From assembly GCA_963662285.2 (NCBI GenBank), contig CAXXMV010000001.1, positions 672,001-736,000 of the forward strand: DNA of 64,000 nt, read 5' to 3'. The notes under the pieces were generated by a model, which did no database searches, had not been told where the DNA came from, and worked only from the letters and a program-made list of their open reading frames with translations. Position numbers and translations under genes: made by a program. The DNA comes from a bacterium (GTDB lineage: Bacteria > Hinthialibacterota > Hinthialibacteria > Hinthialibacterales > Hinthialibacteraceae). Below are positions 58,321-64,000 of the stretch, piece after piece. The stretch's first letter is position 1. Every line of letters begins with the position of its first letter.

Positions 58321-60996
58321 TTATTCTTTAGCCTCAGAGACCAGTTCGGCGAGAATATGCAGCGCATCGATTGGAGTAAGGGTATCGGGATCAATATCAG
58401 CCAGCCGGGCGCGCAGGGGTTCATCCATCATACTGAAAAGCGATACCTGATAATCGGCATCTTTTTTTTGCGCCTGTTGAGCGCCGAGATGCTCGCCCCG
58501 TTCCAGGCGGCACAGTATCTTGCGGGCGCGGGCGGTGACCCGTTTAGGCACCCCGGCCAGATCGGCGACGTGGATGCCATAGGAATGATCGGTGTAGCCC
58601 CGGCCAATGCGGTAGAGGAATTTCACCTTGCCATTCTCTTCGCTGATCTGGACATGGTAATTAACCACCCGTTTATGGGTTTCCTCTAACGCGGCCAGTT
58701 CGTGGTAGTGAGTGGCGAACAGGGTTTTGACGCCCTTGCCGCGCAGACCGTGTAGATACTCGACGATAGCCCAGGCTAACGAGACGCCGTCAAAGGTGCT
58801 GGTGCCGCGTCCGATTTCATCCAGGATAACCAGGCTCTTAGGCGTAGCGTTGGTGAGAATATGGGCGGCTTCGCTCATTTCAACCATAAAGGTTGAGCGC
58901 CCACGCGACAGATCATCCGAAGCGCCAACGCGGCTGAATAGACGGTCAACCACCCCGATGTTGGCGGCGCAGGCCGGGACGAACGAACCAGTCTGCGCCA
59001 TAAGCACAATCAAAGCCACCTGACGGATATAAGTAGATTTACCCGCCATATTCGGCCCGGTTATGATGAAAACCTGTTGGCTCTGCTGATCGAGTTTGCA
59101 ATCGTTGGGCACGAACTGATCCACTACCGGAGCGCATTCCAGCACCGGATGGCGGCCATCATGAATTTCGAGCGCCCCGTCTTCACTGATTTCCGGGCAA
59201 ACATACCCGTGACGTGAAGCCGCTTCGGCCAGGCTTTGAAACACGTCCAGCCGGGCGAGAATATGGGCGACGTTTTTTAACCGGGCGCCGTATCCCCGCA
59301 CGGCTTCAAGTAAGGTTTGCAGCGCTTTGAATTCCAGATCGTTGATGCGCTCTTCGGCGTTTAGCACCTTGGCTTCAAACTCTTTCAGTTCTGGAGTAAT
59401 AAAGCGCTCGGCGTTGGTCAGGGTTTGCTTGCGGATATAAGACTCCGGCGTTTTATCAGTGTAGGATTGAGTAATCTCGATGTAATAACCGAAGACCCGG
59501 TTATAGGCCACCTTTAGATTGGGGATGCCAGTGCGGACGCGTTCTTCTTCCTGCAGCCGCGCTATGAATCCCTTGCCCTCGCGGCGGATGATGCGCAACT
59601 CGTCCAGCGCTTCATCATAACCATCGCGGATCATACCGCCGTCGCGCACGGTCAGAGGCGGTTCATCGACCAGAGCGGCGGCCAATAATTCGCGCACCTC
59701 CATCACTGGATCAATTAATTCACCGGTTGGAGAGACTGTTTCAGATTTCTCTCCAGACTCATCATCACGCGACAGGGCGCGGCGAATCAACGCGGCTTCT
59801 CCGGCGCCGTTCAGCAGCGTATTCAAGACGGGCAGTTGATCTAAAGATTCGCGCATCCCCACCAGGTCGCGGGCGTTGGCGTTGCCGAATGTCACCCGGC
59901 CTAACAGGCGTTCCATGTCATGTATCGAACGCAGCGTTTTACGTAAGTCATCGCGCAGGTTGGGCTGATCAAAGAACAGGCGCACTATGGATTGGCGTAG
60001 TTGTATCTTTTTTGCGTCAATCAGAGGCCTTAGAAGCCATTGCTTTAGTAGGCGGCCTCCCATTGAAGTTGCGGTTAAATCCAGGACTCCGAGCAGCGAG
60101 AATTTTTTGCCGCCATCTCCGGCGCTGGTTAAAAGTTCCAGGTTGCGTTCGGTATTTTTATCCACAATCATGAAGGCGCTGCGACGGTAGAGATGCAGCA
60201 ACTCCATATAGGCTAGGGTTTCCTGCTGATGAGAATCCAGATAAGCCAACAAGGCGCCCGCCGCACTGAGGTAGAGGTCGCGGTCGGCGTTGGGGCGCTT
60301 GATATCTTCAGAGACAAGCAGTTCTACCTTATGCTTTTCGAATGACTCTATAGAAAAATCTTCGCCGGGGATGCCAGTGATCATGCAATCGGCGTGCGAT
60401 TGAATTTGTTTGCGGAATTCCTCATCCTGACTGACCGATTGATCAACCAGGATTTCGCTGGGATTAATAGTCCCTAGTTCAGCCAGGATCGAACGCCATC
60501 CATCGGCGCCATTTTCCCAGGTTGCGCGAAACTCGCCAGTGGTTACATCGACGCAAGCCAATCCCCAGCCCGCCATATTGCCGTCAAACAGCGCCGCGAG
60601 GTAATTATTATCTTTACTTTCAATGACGTCTGAATCGATAATGGTTCCCGGAGAGACGGTGCGCACCAACTCGCGGTGGACAATTTTCTTGCCTTTTTGC
60701 GGCTCTTCCATCTGCTCGCAAACCGCCACGCGGCATCCCTTGCGGGTCAGGCGGTAGATATAAGTCTGGGCGGCGTGGAATGGGATGCCAGCCAGGGGAA
60801 CGGTTTTATTATTGCCGACAGCCTTGCGGGTAAGAGCGATATCAAGCAAGGCCGACGCTTTGACGGCGTCATCCATGAACATTTCATAGAAATCGCCGCA
60901 ACGGAAAAATAGAATAGCATCACCACACTGCTCTTTCATGGTGAGATACTGCTGCATCATGGGAGAATAATTTTCGGTTTCCTTACAATCACTCAT
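58321..60996 (-). CDS. mutS: DNA mismatch repair protein MutS
   Basis: PMMQQY, GDFYEMF, TGPNMAGKST, STFMVEM, DEIGRGT, FATHYHEL and SYGIHVA. Confidence 0.98.
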   Translation of the reverse strand: MSDCKETENYSPMMQQYLTMKEQCGDAILFFRCGDFYEMFMDDAVKASALLDIALTRKAVGNNKTVPLAGIPFHAAQTYIYRLTRKGCRVAVCEQMEEPQKGKKIVHRELVRTVSPGTIIDSDVIESKDNNYLAALFDGNMAGWGLACVDVTTGEFRATWENGADGWRSILAELGTINPSEILVDQSVSQDEEFRKQIQSHADCMITGIPGEDFSIESFEKHKVELLVSEDIKRPNADRDLYLSAAGALLAYLDSHQQETLAYMELLHLYRRSAFMIVDKNTERNLELLTSAGDGGKKFSLLGVLDLTATSMGGRLLKQWLLRPLIDAKKIQLRQSIVRLFFDQPNLRDDLRKTLRSIHDMERLLGRVTFGNANARDLVGMRESLDQLPVLNTLLNGAGEAALIRRALSRDDESGEKSETVSPTGELIDPVMEVRELLAAALVDEPPLTVRDGGMIRDGYDEALDELRIIRREGKGFIARLQEEERVRTGIPNLKVAYNRVFGYYIEITQSYTDKTPESYIRKQTLTNAERFITPELKEFEAKVLNAEERINDLEFKALQTLLEAVRGYGARLKNVAHILARLDVFQSLAEAASRHGYVCPEISEDGALEIHDGRHPVLECAPVVDQFVPNDCKLDQQSQQVFIITGPNMAGKSTYIRQVALIVLMAQTGSFVPACAANIGVVDRLFSRVGASDDLSRGRSTFMVEMSEAAHILTNATPKSLVILDEIGRGTSTFDGVSLAWAIVEYLHGLRGKGVKTLFATHYHELAALEETHKRVVNYHVQISEENGKVKFLYRIGRGYTDHSYGIHVADLAGVPKRVTARARKILCRLERGEHLGAQQAQKKDADYQVSLFSMMDEPLRARLADIDPDTLTPIDALHILAELVSEAKE

Positions 60997-61150
60997 TCGT
61001 TTTCATCATCCTGTTACCACAGTTATCGGGCAATACTTAATTCACGTTCATTCAACAACCACAATAATTCACTCCTGGCTCAAACTAAAATCCAGTATAA
61101 TCCTATAAGATTATAGCAAGCTGCCGCTATGGTGAATACTTATCAACGGT

Positions 61151-62341
61151 ATGATAGATTTTCACCTAAGCTTTATGCATAATATATGCATATTCAGATT
61201 CAAGGAGAGAGATGCAATGAAAAGACTTTGCGGCTTAACCATATCATTATTGATCATTTTAGCGCCAGCCATCATGGCTGAAGAGAATATCACTCCATTA
61301 CCGATTGGCTCATCGGCGCCGGAATTTGCATTGCCCGGAGTAGACGGCAAGACATATAGCCTGGATAATTTTAAGGAAGCCGGTATTCTGGCCATTATTT
61401 TCACCTGCAATCACTGTCCCACAGCGCAAGCCTATGAAGAGCGGATCATTCAAATGGTGAAGGATTATACGCCGAAGGGAGTCGCTTTCGTCGCTATATC
61501 GCCCAACGATCCCCTATCAGTTCGCTTGGATGAATTAGGCTACTCCGACCTGGGCGACTCGCTGGAAGATATGAAAATCCGCTACAAAGATAAAAAATAT
61601 AATTTTCCCTATCTCTATGATGGAGAGACTCAAGTTATATCCAAGAAATACGGACCCACCGCGACGCCACATCTATTTCTGTTTGATAAAGAGAGAAAAC
61701 TGAAATACCGCGGCAGAATCGACGACAATGATCGCGACGCCAAAAAAGTTAAGGTGCATGACGCCAAAAACGCGCTGGACGCCATGTTAAGCGGAAAGCC
61801 GCTAGATCTGGAAACTACTAAACCAGCTGGCTGCTCAATCAAATGGTCATCCAAAAGAGATTGGGTAGTAAAAGGCAAGGCTGATTGGGCTAAAGAAGCG
61901 GTCGAAATGCAACCAATTCAGGTTGATGGCGTCAAAAAACTGGTGGCTAACCAGACAGAGAATTACCGCCTGATCAATGTTTGGGCTACCTGGTGCGGCC
62001 CATGCGTTATTGAATTTCCCGAACTGGTAACCATTAACCGCATGTACCGCAAGCGCCCCTTTGAGTTCGTAACCGTCAATGTGGATGGCCCGGACAGCGA
62101 AGATAAGGTTTTGAATTTTTTGAAAGAGCAACAGGCCTCAAGCCTTAACTATTATTTCGATTCCACCGAGCAGGAAGCCTTTATCGAGGCAATCGACCCG
62201 GCATGGCAAGCCAACCTGCCCTTCACTATCCTGGTTAAACCGGGTGGAGGAATCGTGTACCGCCATTCGGGCATTATTGATCCACTGGAGTTGAAGCAGG
62301 AGATTGTGGAGCGCATCGGTCGGACATACGCCAGTAATTGA
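61151..62341 (+). CDS. Two-domain redoxin/thioredoxin-like protein (start probably 61217)
   Basis: FTCNHCP...GCSIKW and WATWCGPC motifs; signal peptide from MKRLC with AGGAG RBS. Confidence 0.88.
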   Translation: MIDFHLSFMHNICIFRFKERDAMKRLCGLTISLLIILAPAIMAEENITPLPIGSSAPEFALPGVDGKTYSLDNFKEAGILAIIFTCNHCPTAQAYEERIIQMVKDYTPKGVAFVAISPNDPLSVRLDELGYSDLGDSLEDMKIRYKDKKYNFPYLYDGETQVISKKYGPTATPHLFLFDKERKLKYRGRIDDNDRDAKKVKVHDAKNALDAMLSGKPLDLETTKPAGCSIKWSSKRDWVVKGKADWAKEAVEMQPIQVDGVKKLVANQTENYRLINVWATWCGPCVIEFPELVTINRMYRKRPFEFVTVNVDGPDSEDKVLNFLKEQQASSLNYYFDSTEQEAFIEAIDPAWQANLPFTILVKPGGGIVYRHSGIIDPLELKQEIVERIGRTYASN

Positions 62342-62562
62342 ACTAGCGGATTTTTGTCTGAATCAGGATTTACTGGATGTGAGGAAGAGCAGGATTTTTT
62401 TATAATTAGATTTAATTCTACTTTCAACGTGAATGGTTAATAAAAACTATGGAAAAATATCCGGTGAACTGAATCAAGGGCAGAAAATACACTGCCCTTG
62501 GCACCCGATATTGTCTAATCCTCAATTCATAAGGTATTATTAATAATTACTGGAGTTTTCTG

Positions 62563-63422
62563 ATGATCCGGGTTAAACCCGTTTATTGCATATTGATCGG
62601 CATTCTGCTGGCGGGCTTTTTCTTCAGCCAGACCATCAACCGCATGATCTACGGCAACTGTATGTTCCGCTATGTGCTGCCGCGGTGCGATTACGCCAGT
62701 TACGTTCGGGCTTCAAACGAAATTCTCCGGGGAGAGACTCCCTATTATCAGGATACGTGTTATATCTATTCGCCGCTGTTGGCTATGGTAATGATTCCCT
62801 TGACGCGGCTTAGCGAGGTTGCGGGTTTTTGGATATGGACAGTAATGAGCATAATAGGGTTCGGCTATGGAGCGTACCGCGCCGGACGGTTATAGCCGTT
62901 GCGCTGGCAGTTTTCTGGTTGCCGTTTTACGAAGCCCTGGTTCATGGGCAGATAACTCCGGTTATCACTTGCATCCTGGCGCTGGGGATTGGGCGACGCC
63001 CGTTTTTACGGGGATTTCTGGTAGGACTGGCGGCGGCGCTTAAGTCTCCCTTCGCCATCATGATTCCATTCATCTCGATATCCTTCGGCTGGAGGGCGCT
63101 GCTGGGTTGCATAGCAGGCGCATCTCTGGCGCTGATTCATCCACCATTATTTTTAGAATACCTGGATCTGCTGGCCAACCTGGCTGAACGCCCCTATGGC
63201 GATATCGGATTGGTGCGCTGGCTTGGTCTTGAAGTGTGCCTGCCGCTAACTATGGCAGTCTGCCTGATTGCCTCGATCAGGTGGCGGGAGACCGAGGCCT
63301 CTTATATGGCGGTCATCGCCGCAGTGGTGATTGGGACGGCGCTTTGGTTTCATTCTTATACGCCGCTAGTGTTGCCTGTTATTTATTTCGTTAATAAGGC
63401 TGTTGATAGGTATTGGAAATGA
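62563..63422 (+). pseudogene. GT87/DUF2029-like membrane glycosyltransferase split by a frameshift near 62880-62895
   Basis: ORF1 (D...Y, PY...YIYSPL) ends at 62895; ORF2 in another frame continues with PFYEALVHGQ and GLAAALK.P. Confidence 0.7.
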
Positions 63423-63509
63423 GCAGTCGGGTGATTCTATGATTGGGTGGTTTTTTGGTGGGCAGATAAGGCTTGCCCACCCTACGCGAAGGTGGGGATT
63501 TTGTAATGC

Positions 63510-64000
63510 CTAATAATTATCATGGCGCCGTTGGGAAGTGGTTTCTGATATAAATTTTACCGCCGTATCCAATGTACGCTGAGTTATTGCCAGTTGATCA
63601 ACTGTGATTTGCTCTTCGTATTGTTTGTAGAATTCGAGCAACGACTTATCCCCGCCCTGATTATTGAAGTCGTAGATATGCTCAAAAAAGACCTTCTTGA
63701 TCCCTGCGCTGATCAAGACTTTGAAACAGTTCATGCAGGGAGATAGTGTACAATATATAGTTCCGCCTTCAATGATGATGCCTTTACGCGCGGCATGGGC
63801 CATAGCGTTCATTTCAGCGTGAATGGCGCGTGACAGGTCTCTCGGCTCCATACCCGGAACATGATTTTCCGGCTGACGCCAGTAGCATTGACGTTTATCG
63901 GTGCAATGCCACGATCCCGGCGCCGCCCCGTTATAGCCGGTGGCCAGGATACGCCGGTCGCGTACAATGACCGCCCCGACCGGACGGGAGAAGCAGGTCG
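63510..64000 (-). CDS. dCMP deaminase (ComEB-like), 5' end outside window
   Basis: Frame open to the window edge: TCFSRPVGAVIVRDRRILATGYNG...HAEMNA...TLSPCMNC. Confidence 0.92.
   Translation of the reverse strand, partial: TCFSRPVGAVIVRDRRILATGYNGAAPGSWHCTDKRQCYWRQPENHVPGMEPRDLSRAIHAEMNAMAHAARKGIIIEGGTIYCTLSPCMNCFKVLISAGIKKVFFEHIYDFNNQGGDKSLLEFYKQYEEQITVDQLAITQRTLDTAVKFISETTSQRRHDNY

Noticed and set aside
11563-64000. Additional DGR variable repeats
   Set aside because: No second TR-like segment or RGGSW...GFR protein seen by eye; remote targets outside the window remain possible

Overview
Bacterial chromosomal window. Bases 1-~11.56 kb are the right end of an integrated element, bounded by a 3'-half tRNA-Thr(TGT) fragment (att-like site, 11518-11562). 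The element carries a UvrD-like helicase, a DUF932-like gene and a single minus-strand cargo block. The block holds (i) a compact operon of an unannotated 55-aa acidic peptide, an E2-like protein, a JAB/JAMM peptidase, a ThiF/E1 enzyme and a small membrane protein, with no beta-grasp ubiquitin-like gene and a promoter overlapped by a palindrome. It also holds (ii) a complete diversity-generating retroelement (DGR: VR, hairpin, avd, RT, TR) whose target is a secreted GH10 glycoside hydrolase fused to a C-terminal FGE-sulfatase/CLec domain; 24 of 25 TR/VR mismatches fall on TR adenines. The remaining ~52 kb looks like host backbone: ftsK, mutS, uvrD, ABC transporters, GT-C glycosyltransferases, CAZymes, a sulfatase and a tetraheme cytochrome. 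It has at least four families of strand-biased intergenic palindromic repeats, an AT-rich two-gene islet and an unannotated 27-aa hydrophobic peptide gene. All family calls come from motif recognition by eye; no database searches were run.
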